Below, in pieces: positions 38,629 through 47,093 of a stretch of 64,000 nt of DNA. The DNA is from an uncultured Roseovarius sp. GTDB taxonomy: Bacteria; Pseudomonadota; Alphaproteobacteria; Rhodobacterales; Rhodobacteraceae. Position numbers and translations under genes: made by a program. The notes under the pieces were generated by a model. It was not told where the DNA came from, searched no databases, and saw nothing but the letters and a program-made list of their open reading frames with translations. Each line of letters opens with the position of its first letter. The first letter of the stretch is position 1. The stretch covers positions 1,065 through 65,064 of the forward strand of contig CAYMEC010000003.1 of assembly GCA_964389425.1 (NCBI GenBank), in the 5' to 3' direction.

Positions 38629-38646
38629 TATCTGTGATCACAGATA
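38629..38646. promoter_or_regulatory. Putative GntR operator
   Basis: Perfect 18-bp palindrome TATCTGTGATCACAGATA in the 77-bp divergent gap. Confidence 0.75.
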
Positions 38647-38689
38647 TGCTACGCAGGTCACAAATGCAAGCAATGCCACGGAGACGGAC

Positions 38690-40312
38690 ATGACCAGTAC
38701 CCCCCTTCCCACCAAGGGCAAAACCTGCGGTGAAGCCTTGATGCATCTGTTGGAAGGCTACGGCGTGGATACGGTCTTTGGCATGCCTGGCGAACACACC
38801 TTGGAGCTTTATCGCGGGATTGAAACAAGCAATGTGCGCCACGTCCTTGTGCGGCACGAAGGCGGCGCGGGCTTCATGGCCGATGGCTATGCCCGGTCGT
38901 CTGGCCGTCCGGGGGTGTGCACGCTGATCACCGGGGCGGGGGTGACAAACGCCGCCACGCCCTTGGCGCAAGCCTACGCGGATTCCGTGCCGGTCCTTCT
39001 GATCTCCAGCGCCAATCGCAGTGAATCGCTGGGCAAAGGCTGGGGATGCCTGCATGAACTCACCGATCAGCGCGCCGTCACGGCCCCCCTCACCGCCTTC
39101 AGTCAGATGGTCACCGATCCCGAAGAGCTGCCCGAACTCATCGCGCAGGCCTTCACCGTGTTCTATTCCCGCAGGCCCCGGCCGGTGCACATCTCCATTC
39201 CCATTGACCTGCTCGATGCGCCGGTGACGCGGGACTGGCAGGTGCGCCAACCGCCCTCTCTGCCCGTTGCGCCCAGAGCCACCATCGAAGCCGCCGCGGA
39301 CATGCTGGCGAGGGCCAAGCGCCCGGTGTTGATGGTAGGGGGCGGCGCGCAGAACTGCGGAGAGTGCGTAACGCAGCTTGCCGAACATCTGGACGCCGCT
39401 GTTGTCTCTTCCAACGCGGGCAAGGGCGTGGTGCCGGAAAGCCACCCGCTCAGCCTTGGCGGCGGGATGATCACGAAGGCGGTGCGCGACTTCGTGGAAA
39501 CCTGCGATGTCATACTCTCCATCGGGTGCGAGATATCCGAGACCGACAGCTTCGAGGATTACCTGACCATTAACGCCAAACTTATCCGCGTGGATATCGA
39601 CCCGTCCAAGTTCAACGATCTCTATCCCGCCGATCTGGCCCTCCAAGGCGATGCACGGCCTTCGGTGGAGGCGATCCTGACAACCACGCAAGAGTCAGGC
39701 CCGCAACATCACGGCATGGCCGAGCAACTGACCCCAGTACGAGCGGCGCAAAATGCGGCCTTCACGAACGTGGAACAGCAACACAAACGCCTGCTCTTGA
39801 AATTGCGAGGGGTGCTGCCAGACGACGCCATCATGTTCGGCGACATCGCGCAACTGGTCTACACAGGCTCCGCCGTCATGCCCACCGATCGACCGCGCAC
39901 ATGGTTCTACCCGGCGGGGCTCGGGACGTTGGGATGTGCACTTCCCGGGGCCATCGGGGCCAAGCTGGCGCAGCCCGACCGCCCCGTCGTGGCGCTAGTG
40001 GGCGATGGCGGGCTTCTTTTCACCATTCAGGAACTGGCCACAGCGGTTGAACAGACGCTGCCGATCCCGATCATCCTGTGGAACAATGACGCTTTGGCGA
40101 TGATCCGGGACGGCATGGTCAAACGTGGCATCCCCGAGATTGGCGTCACGCCGAAAAACCCTGATTTTATCACTGTCGCGCAGGGCTTCGGGTGCCATAC
40201 GGCGCGACCTGAAAATCTCGAAGCATTCGGTCAGGCGGTCGCAACGGCCTTGACCGCAGATGCTCCAACCCTCATCGAAGTGCGTGAAAACGTAGATTGG
40301 TTGGTGGCCTGA
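38690..40312 (+). CDS. ThDP-dependent 2-oxo-acid decarboxylase, AruI (5-guanidino-2-oxopentanoate decarboxylase)-like
   Basis: TCGEAL..LLE.YGV, RHE.GAGFMADGYAR.SG.PGVC, AYADS.P.L.ISS, GDGG...WNN ThDP motif. Confidence 0.85.
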   Translation: MTSTPLPTKGKTCGEALMHLLEGYGVDTVFGMPGEHTLELYRGIETSNVRHVLVRHEGGAGFMADGYARSSGRPGVCTLITGAGVTNAATPLAQAYADSVPVLLISSANRSESLGKGWGCLHELTDQRAVTAPLTAFSQMVTDPEELPELIAQAFTVFYSRRPRPVHISIPIDLLDAPVTRDWQVRQPPSLPVAPRATIEAAADMLARAKRPVLMVGGGAQNCGECVTQLAEHLDAAVVSSNAGKGVVPESHPLSLGGGMITKAVRDFVETCDVILSIGCEISETDSFEDYLTINAKLIRVDIDPSKFNDLYPADLALQGDARPSVEAILTTTQESGPQHHGMAEQLTPVRAAQNAAFTNVEQQHKRLLLKLRGVLPDDAIMFGDIAQLVYTGSAVMPTDRPRTWFYPAGLGTLGCALPGAIGAKLAQPDRPVVALVGDGGLLFTIQELATAVEQTLPIPIILWNNDALAMIRDGMVKRGIPEIGVTPKNPDFITVAQGFGCHTARPENLEAFGQAVATALTADAPTLIEVRENVDWLVA

Positions 40313-40341
40313 AGGCCCCTGCCCCAATAAAGGAATAACAC

Positions 40342-41535
40342 GTGCCCGCCCATTTGGGATTTGACAGAACGCGACTGTCCCGCATTGGGTCTTGGATGCA
40401 GGATCATGTCGATGCCGGGCGGCTGGCGGGTTTGGCGGTGCAAGTCACGCGACGCCGCGAGGTGGCATTTTCCGAACGCGCCGGTCTTCAGGACGTGGAG
40501 AACGAGATCGCCGTCAGGCCCGATGCGCTGTGGCGGATTTATTCGATGACCAAGCCGGTCACGTCACTGGCCGCGATGATGCTTTACGAAGACGGCGCGT
40601 TTCAACTGGATCAGCCCGTGGCGGATTTTCTACCCGACTTTGCCAATCTGCGGGTCTGGAAGGGCGATGACCACGCCCTGTCCGCGACTGAAACACTGAC
40701 CCGCCCGGTCACGATCCATGACCTGCTGACCCATCAATCCGGTCTTGTCTATGACGATCCACAAGGCAACGAGCTTGAACGTGCTTTGTCCAAGGCCGGT
40801 CTGGGTTTTGATAAGGACATCCCCACATTGGCCGATGCCGTGGCCCGGCTCACGGAGTATCCTTTGGCCTTTCAACCTGGGGCGCGGTGGTTCTATGGGC
40901 TGTCCACGGATGTCCTCGGCGCCCTGATCGAAACGATCTCAGGCATGTCCCTTGGCGCGTTCTTCCAGACGCGGATTTTTGACCCTCTGGGCATGGAAGA
41001 CACCGGATTTGACGTTCCCCCTAATCAAGCCCAGCGTTTGGCGGTACTCTATCAACACGCGGATGGCGGGTTCGAAAAAGCGCCCCACCAAAACAGATGG
41101 GCCCGCCCCGTGACCTTGCAGAGCGGCGGTGCCGGGCTCGTGTCCTCAATGGCGGATTACCAACGCTTTGCCGACATGCTGTTGCAGCGCGGGGCCTATG
41201 AGGGCGGTCACATGCTGGGGCGCAAGACCTTTGACCTGATGGTGGCGAACCACATGGGCGGTGATCTGGCCAGCCGGGGTCAGGCGCATTTTTCCGAGAC
41301 CACGATGGAAGGCATCGGGTTTGGCCTTGGCATGTCCGTGATGCTGGATCCCGCCCGGGCCAAAATCATCGGCTCACCCGGAGAATTCGCCTGGGGCGGA
41401 TGGGCATCCACCGCCTTCTGGGTGGACCCGGTCGAGGACATGACCGTGATCCTGATGACCCAACTCGCCCCCTCCTCCGCACACGCATTGCGGCGTCAAC
41501 TTCGGGTGCTCAGCTATCAGGCCTTGGTCGAATAA
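40342..41535 (+). CDS. Serine hydrolase, beta-lactamase-like / family VIII esterase
   Basis: SMTK (SxxK), LLTHQSG, FQPG..W.YG.S.D, F.WGG; no signal peptide. Confidence 0.88.
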   Translation: MPAHLGFDRTRLSRIGSWMQDHVDAGRLAGLAVQVTRRREVAFSERAGLQDVENEIAVRPDALWRIYSMTKPVTSLAAMMLYEDGAFQLDQPVADFLPDFANLRVWKGDDHALSATETLTRPVTIHDLLTHQSGLVYDDPQGNELERALSKAGLGFDKDIPTLADAVARLTEYPLAFQPGARWFYGLSTDVLGALIETISGMSLGAFFQTRIFDPLGMEDTGFDVPPNQAQRLAVLYQHADGGFEKAPHQNRWARPVTLQSGGAGLVSSMADYQRFADMLLQRGAYEGGHMLGRKTFDLMVANHMGGDLASRGQAHFSETTMEGIGFGLGMSVMLDPARAKIIGSPGEFAWGGWASTAFWVDPVEDMTVILMTQLAPSSAHALRRQLRVLSYQALVE

Positions 41536-41550
41536 CGGATCCGGAAACCC

Positions 41551-42486
41551 CTAGTCGAGGGCTGGAACGTGACCGAGCCACGTTTCAAAGTCTGGAAGGC
41601 TGAAGGCGGTGCGACGTGCCGTTTCCTTGGGGCTCTTTGCGTTGAACTTGATCCGAATGCCAAGGAACACGCTTGAGGCTGTTACCGATTCCGTCAGGCC
41701 CGTTGTCGAACTCTTTTCCGAACTTTCAAAGTAGCTGACACCACCGACAACCGAGGCGCTGCCGCCCAGAAAATCCCGGTCCAGCACATGTTCGCCAAAC
41801 AGGGTGATTTCGAACAGGTCTGCCGGATCCGGACCCGCATCATCGTTATCGCTCATGCCGTCAGCGCCGGACAGTCTCACCCCGAAGCTGGAGCGGTCAT
41901 TCTTGAAGTAGTATTGCCCGACGAGGCTCAGGAAATGCGCATCATCCAGTGTTTCAAGGTTGCTGGCGCTGGAGGTCAGCCGGCCCACTTGAGCCCCGAA
42001 TGACCAGTTCTCCAAATGAACGGCCCCAGACAGGCCCGCGACACTGAAATCCGCGTTTTGGTCAGAATCAGCATTGTTGAAACTCACTTGGCCCACGCCG
42101 TAGAACGCACCAAAGTACTTGCGTTCTTCAGCGATGCCCAATTGGACGTCAGCGAAGGATCCATTCACAGGTGAGTCATTGGTGATTTGTGTCCCGAGCG
42201 TCTGACTCACGTTGTTTTCTTCATGCCTGAGACCGAATTGAAGTCTTGCATTGCTGGAGATGGGCAAAGCCAGTCGGCCATCAATGCGCGCTGCTTCGTA
42301 GCTATCGAATTCGTCTGGCAAACCAGTGGAATTGAGCGCGTCACCCCCCCGGTCCACGGCACTGAAGGAAAGCCCGACATCGACAACCGTCCCTGGCATT
42401 CCGTCAGCCCGGGCATCAACAGGAAAATTGGCGATTACCGCCGCTGCAACCAGCGCTCCACCCCTGAAGGTCATCGTCACCACCAT
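41551..42486 (-). CDS. Hypothetical exported protein, probable outer-membrane beta-barrel
   Basis: Signal-like N-terminus ending VDARA; many alternating hydrophobic/polar segments rich in G/S/F/Y. Confidence 0.6.
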   Translation of the reverse strand: MVVTMTFRGGALVAAAVIANFPVDARADGMPGTVVDVGLSFSAVDRGGDALNSTGLPDEFDSYEAARIDGRLALPISSNARLQFGLRHEENNVSQTLGTQITNDSPVNGSFADVQLGIAEERKYFGAFYGVGQVSFNNADSDQNADFSVAGLSGAVHLENWSFGAQVGRLTSSASNLETLDDAHFLSLVGQYYFKNDRSSFGVRLSGADGMSDNDDAGPDPADLFEITLFGEHVLDRDFLGGSASVVGGVSYFESSEKSSTTGLTESVTASSVFLGIRIKFNAKSPKETARRTAFSLPDFETWLGHVPALD

Positions 42487-42618
42487 GATTGGTTGATTCT
42501 CTGACGATACTTAACAAGCCCGGAAAAACAGATACCACCGGAACCGGGAGGCCCGAAAATCGGCTGGTCCGACTGTAGCGGAAAAGCAACTTGGCACCGA
42601 GACCCGATTGGACACCCG

Positions 42619-43635
42619 TCAACGGGCCTTGAATGGGGCCGTCGAACAGCGCTCCACCAGATGCGTCCCGAGGCAGACCGACGTTGGACGTGCGTCATGT
42701 TCGACCCATTGGGCAAGATTTTCCGCTGCGCGCTGGCCCATTTGCCGTGCGGGCAGATGCACGGTCGTCAGCGGCGGATACGTAAATTCTGACGCAGGCA
42801 GATTGTGGATAGATATGACTGATACATCACCAGGCACGGACAGCCCGGCGCGATGCAGTTCATGCAGGACGCCAAAGGCCATCACATCGGACATGCAAAA
42901 CACTGCGTCAAAGCTGCCGATTTGCTCGACGGCCCGTCGGGCCGCCGATACGCCCCCTGCAACAGAGATCGGCGCCTCAAAAAACCAACATGATTGGTCG
43001 CTCAGCGCCGCACGGGTGGCATCCACCCGCATCTTGTTGCGGTCATTTCCGGTCAACGGGCCATGGATGACGGCGATCCTTTTGTGACCGAGATCCTTGA
43101 GATGAGCGCAGGCAATCTCCGCGGCCAAGCGATTGTCATAGCCAACCGTCGGCAATTGGTAGTCTTCGTCATAGTAAGAAATCGCCAGCGCCGGCACGCG
43201 CGTGCGCCGCAAAAGATCATAAAGCGCGTCGCTATGCGTCACGCCGGTGACGAAGAACCCCTCAACACCCACATCCACCAGTTCCCTTGCCTTGCGCGCT
43301 TCCTTTTCGGGGTCGTCATCGGTCGTTGCCACAATCAGTGAAAACCCGTGTTCCACCAGCGTCTGTTCCATGCTGCTAACGGTCAGGGAAAAGATGTCGC
43401 TTTCCAGCGTGGGGATCAGTGCGCCCAAGATGCGCGTGCGTCCGGAATTGATCGCAAGCGCCGCCGCCGACCGAACAAAGCCCAATTCCTCAATCACCGC
43501 TTCCACGCGCTGGCGCGTATCCTTGTTGACCACCTCAGGCGAATTGAGCACCCGCGACACGGTTGCGACCGACACCTCCGCCGCCCGCGACACGTCTCGC
43601 AGGTTAGGGCCTTTCTTCTTCGAACCACGTGGCAT
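42619..43635 (-). CDS. LacI family regulator
   Basis: NLRDVSRAAEVSVATVSRVLN, AALAI..GRT, SD.MA.G, PPLTTV. Confidence 0.94.
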   Translation of the reverse strand: MPRGSKKKGPNLRDVSRAAEVSVATVSRVLNSPEVVNKDTRQRVEAVIEELGFVRSAAALAINSGRTRILGALIPTLESDIFSLTVSSMEQTLVEHGFSLIVATTDDDPEKEARKARELVDVGVEGFFVTGVTHSDALYDLLRRTRVPALAISYYDEDYQLPTVGYDNRLAAEIACAHLKDLGHKRIAVIHGPLTGNDRNKMRVDATRAALSDQSCWFFEAPISVAGGVSAARRAVEQIGSFDAVFCMSDVMAFGVLHELHRAGLSVPGDVSVISIHNLPASEFTYPPLTTVHLPARQMGQRAAENLAQWVEHDARPTSVCLGTHLVERCSTAPFKAR

Positions 43636-43656
43636 GGCCCCACGCTAACGGCAGTA

Positions 43657-43713
43657 TGTAACTAGTTTCAAGAAAATCTTGACCCGAATCACGCGCTATG
43701 TAACCAGTTACAT
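43657..43713. promoter_or_regulatory. Two LacI-type operators
   Basis: TGTAACCAGTTACA (43699-43712, near-perfect palindrome) and TGTAACTAGTTTCA (43657-43670), flanking TTGACC (43679). Confidence 0.75.
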
Positions 43714-43731
43714 CGCCAAAAGGAGACAACA

Positions 43732-46056
43732 GTGCTGCCGCAGCCTGTCATTCGGGAATTCAGCAACATGGGGTTCGAGGGATCGCGCCGCAGTTTCCCG
43801 GGCTTTGCCACCTCCAAACAATCCATCACGCGCTCCCTCTCTCCGCGACAGGCGATCCGGATTGCGCTGTCGACCGGCGACATGCTCTCGCTGCACGAAG
43901 GCGCGTCACCTCAAAATGCGGCCCTTCTGGTGTTCGACGATCGCGGTCATGTGACCCCCGAAAATCTGGGGCTTGCTGCCAACACGACATTGGGCACGGA
44001 CGCTTTCGACGCCAGGGAATTGCTGGCATGGTACGCGGGCAACGGAGGCACGCAGGTCAGTGACTTCCCGGCCACCGAAGTGACGGTGCAGGACCTTTGC
44101 GTCTTTCGCGCAACCAAACCTTGCACCATCTGGATCGCGCGCCCTTTGCACACCCACGAACTGATCTCTGGTGCCGATGCAGGACAGTTGATCGTGTCTT
44201 GCACGCCTGCTGCGCAAAACAATCCCGTCCTGCCACCGCCCTTGGGCGCCGTCCGGGATGAATTCACGGTCTCACGCGGCACTGCCCGGGCCTACGAGGT
44301 AAAGCCCGGAGAAGTCGTGCAGATCGTCGACATTGATGGGCAGCAATGCTCCGATTTCATGGCGCTGCGCGCCGACGCCCTGGAACGCGGGCTGGAACGC
44401 GCCATTGACAGCACGGCGACCCGTTCCATGGTGCGCGGCGCCTATCCCGGCCCCGGCCTTCTGGACAAATTCTTCGATCAGGACCTGCGCCCGATGATGC
44501 GGGTCGTGCAAGACACATGCGGCCGCCACGACACGTTCGGCATGGCCTGCACCGCCCGCGGGTACGAAGAACGGGGGTTTCCCGGACACGTGAACTGTTC
44601 GGACAACATTTCGAACGCGTTGGCTCCCTTTGGCGCGGCCCGCCGTCCAGCCTGGCCAGCAATCAATTTCTTCTGGAACACCTGGGTCGATCACCAATCC
44701 CACCAGTTGATGACCGAAGAAAGTCATTCCCGCCCCGGCGATTACGTGGCGCTGAGGGCCGTGGATGCGATGGTCTGTGTATCCACCGCCTGTCCCGACG
44801 ACATTGACCCCATTAATGGCTGGAACCCCACCGATGTGCATGTTCGCATCTACCACTCGGACGCGCCGATCCACCGCGCCGTGGCCTATCGCGAAAAGGA
44901 GGACGCACCCATGGCGATCAGCCAGGAAAGCGCCTTTGCGCCGGAAACCTCCAAACTGACCCAGCATTTCGCGCCCGCGCGGGATCTGTGGGCACCAGTA
45001 TCGTTCCCGTCCACGGGCACCATCGGCGAATACTGGGCCTGCCGGGAAAAGGTCACGCTTCAGGATATGTCGGGTCTGCGGAAATACGACATCATCGGAC
45101 CCGATGCGGAGGCGCTGTTGCAGCGTGTCATGACCCGCGATGTGGCGCGTCTGGCCGTGTGGCGGGGAACCTACGCGCTCATTTGTGATGAGGCCGGCGC
45201 GGTCGTGGACGATGGCACGCTCTTCCGGCTTGCGCCAAATCTCTTCCGTTGGTGCTGCGGCACGGAAGAAAGCGCACGCGTGATGGAAAAAGTCGCGGCC
45301 GCGGAAGGCTTGCAAGCCCGCATTCACGCCATGGGTCAGGCCCTGCCCAACCTCGCATTGCAAGGCCCGCTGTCTCGCGATGTGCTGCGCAAGATTGTCT
45401 TCACCCAACCCACTGTGCCTTCGCTGGATGATGTGAAGTGGTTCGGCGTTACCGTGGCGCGCGTGGGCGATCGCGAGGGCATCCCCTTCATGCTCTCCCG
45501 CTCCGGCTACACGGGTGAATTGGGATATGAACTTTTCTGTTCCACCGATGACGCGCCCGCACTTTGGGCCGCCGTGATGGAAGCGGGCGCGGAATTCGGG
45601 ATCGAACCCATGGGGTCTGCCGCGCTCGATATCCTGCGGATCGAAGCGGGGCTCGCGGCAGCCAATGCGGAATTCGCCCCGGGCGTCGACGCACATGAGG
45701 CAGGGCTGGGCTTTGCCGTCAGCCTCGGCAAGGCGGATTTTATCGGCAAGGCGGCGCTGACCCGCAACGCGGACAACCCACGCAAGGTGTTGCGCGGGCT
45801 CTGGTTTGAAGGTGATGACGTGCCGCTACCCGGCGCTCATGTGTTTGATGGCGAACGCCCTGTGGGGGTCATCACCTCCGCCACCCGATCGCCCATGTAT
45901 GAACGCACCATCGCGATGGCCCGGCTGGCCGTCGAATACGCAGATACGGGGCGGAATTTGGAAGTGGGGCAGTTGGACGGGCATATGAAACGCCTGCCCG
46001 CATCCGTCTGCGCCACGCCATTCTACGACCCCAAGAGAGAGAGGGCACGGGCGTGA
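43732..46056 (+). CDS. DUF1989 - GcvT-like aminomethyltransferase fusion protein
   Basis: Central QQCSDF, CGRHD...C...Y...HVNCSDN, ACPDDID..NGWNPT; C-terminal DMSGL.K, DDGT, RSGYTGELGYE, LRIEAG, G.ITS; GTG start after AAGGAG. Confidence 0.85.
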   Translation: MLPQPVIREFSNMGFEGSRRSFPGFATSKQSITRSLSPRQAIRIALSTGDMLSLHEGASPQNAALLVFDDRGHVTPENLGLAANTTLGTDAFDARELLAWYAGNGGTQVSDFPATEVTVQDLCVFRATKPCTIWIARPLHTHELISGADAGQLIVSCTPAAQNNPVLPPPLGAVRDEFTVSRGTARAYEVKPGEVVQIVDIDGQQCSDFMALRADALERGLERAIDSTATRSMVRGAYPGPGLLDKFFDQDLRPMMRVVQDTCGRHDTFGMACTARGYEERGFPGHVNCSDNISNALAPFGAARRPAWPAINFFWNTWVDHQSHQLMTEESHSRPGDYVALRAVDAMVCVSTACPDDIDPINGWNPTDVHVRIYHSDAPIHRAVAYREKEDAPMAISQESAFAPETSKLTQHFAPARDLWAPVSFPSTGTIGEYWACREKVTLQDMSGLRKYDIIGPDAEALLQRVMTRDVARLAVWRGTYALICDEAGAVVDDGTLFRLAPNLFRWCCGTEESARVMEKVAAAEGLQARIHAMGQALPNLALQGPLSRDVLRKIVFTQPTVPSLDDVKWFGVTVARVGDREGIPFMLSRSGYTGELGYELFCSTDDAPALWAAVMEAGAEFGIEPMGSAALDILRIEAGLAAANAEFAPGVDAHEAGLGFAVSLGKADFIGKAALTRNADNPRKVLRGLWFEGDDVPLPGAHVFDGERPVGVITSATRSPMYERTIAMARLAVEYADTGRNLEVGQLDGHMKRLPASVCATPFYDPKRERARA

Positions 46057-47093
46057 CAGACGCAGTTGTTGAGCTTGAAAACGTCTGGAAAATCTTCGGC
46101 GAACGCGCCTCCGAGGCGATGGAAGCCGTGCGCACAGAAGGCATCGGCAAGCCCGAGGTGCTGGAACGGTTCGGCGCTGTCGTCGGCGTCAAGGACGCAA
46201 GTTTCTCCGTCGCCAAGGGGGAAATCTTTTGCCTGATGGGCCTCTCTGGGTCGGGCAAATCCACTCTGGTGCGCCACATCAACCGCCTGATTGAACCCAC
46301 CGCAGGCACGATCCGCATCATGGGCGAAGACATCGGCGCCATGAAATCCGAACAGCTGCGCGCCACCCGCGCAGACAAGATCGGCATGGTGTTTCAGAAC
46401 ATGGCCCTGCTGCCGCATCGATCCGTACGCGACAACATCGGCTTTGCGCTGGAACTGCGCGGGATGGATGGTTACCACCGCGCCAAGGCCGCCGACAAAG
46501 CCTTGGAAACCGTCAGCCTGCATGGCTATGGCGACCGCCTGCCCTCGGAACTGTCCGGGGGCATGCAGCAACGGGTGGGTCTGGCGCGCGCGCTGGCGGC
46601 TGACCCTGAGATCCTGTTGATGGATGAACCCTTCTCGGCCCTCGACCCGCTGATCCGGCGCAACCTTCAGGATGAATTCCTCAGCCTCAGTGTGGATGTG
46701 AAGAAGACCACCGTCTTCATCACCCATGACCTCGATGAGGCGATCCGCATGGGCGACCGCATCGGAATCATGAAAGATGGCGAAATCGTCCAGATCGGTA
46801 CAGCCGAAGACATCGTCACCGCCCCCGCCGATGACTATGTTGCCGATTTCGTCGCGGGCATTTCCCGGCTGAAACTGGTGTCGGCCTCCAAGATCATGGT
46901 GCCACCGGATAAGCACGGGCCGATCAAGGGCAAAGGCCACCCCGTGGCACGCCCGGATGATGATCTGGACACGCTGGTGGGCCTGTCGACCGGGTCCGAT
47001 CAGCCTGTGCTGATCAAGGATGGCGACGTGCTGGTGGGCGTTGTCAGCAAGGACACCCTGCTCACCGGACTGCAAGGGGGGGCAGAGACATGA
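46053..47093 (+). CDS. proV: Glycine betaine/proline-type ABC transporter ATPase
   Basis: GLSGSGKST, LSGGMQQRVGLARAL, LMDEPFSALDPLIR, FITHDLDEA. Confidence 0.9.
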   Translation: MTDAVVELENVWKIFGERASEAMEAVRTEGIGKPEVLERFGAVVGVKDASFSVAKGEIFCLMGLSGSGKSTLVRHINRLIEPTAGTIRIMGEDIGAMKSEQLRATRADKIGMVFQNMALLPHRSVRDNIGFALELRGMDGYHRAKAADKALETVSLHGYGDRLPSELSGGMQQRVGLARALAADPEILLMDEPFSALDPLIRRNLQDEFLSLSVDVKKTTVFITHDLDEAIRMGDRIGIMKDGEIVQIGTAEDIVTAPADDYVADFVAGISRLKLVSASKIMVPPDKHGPIKGKGHPVARPDDDLDTLVGLSTGSDQPVLIKDGDVLVGVVSKDTLLTGLQGGAET

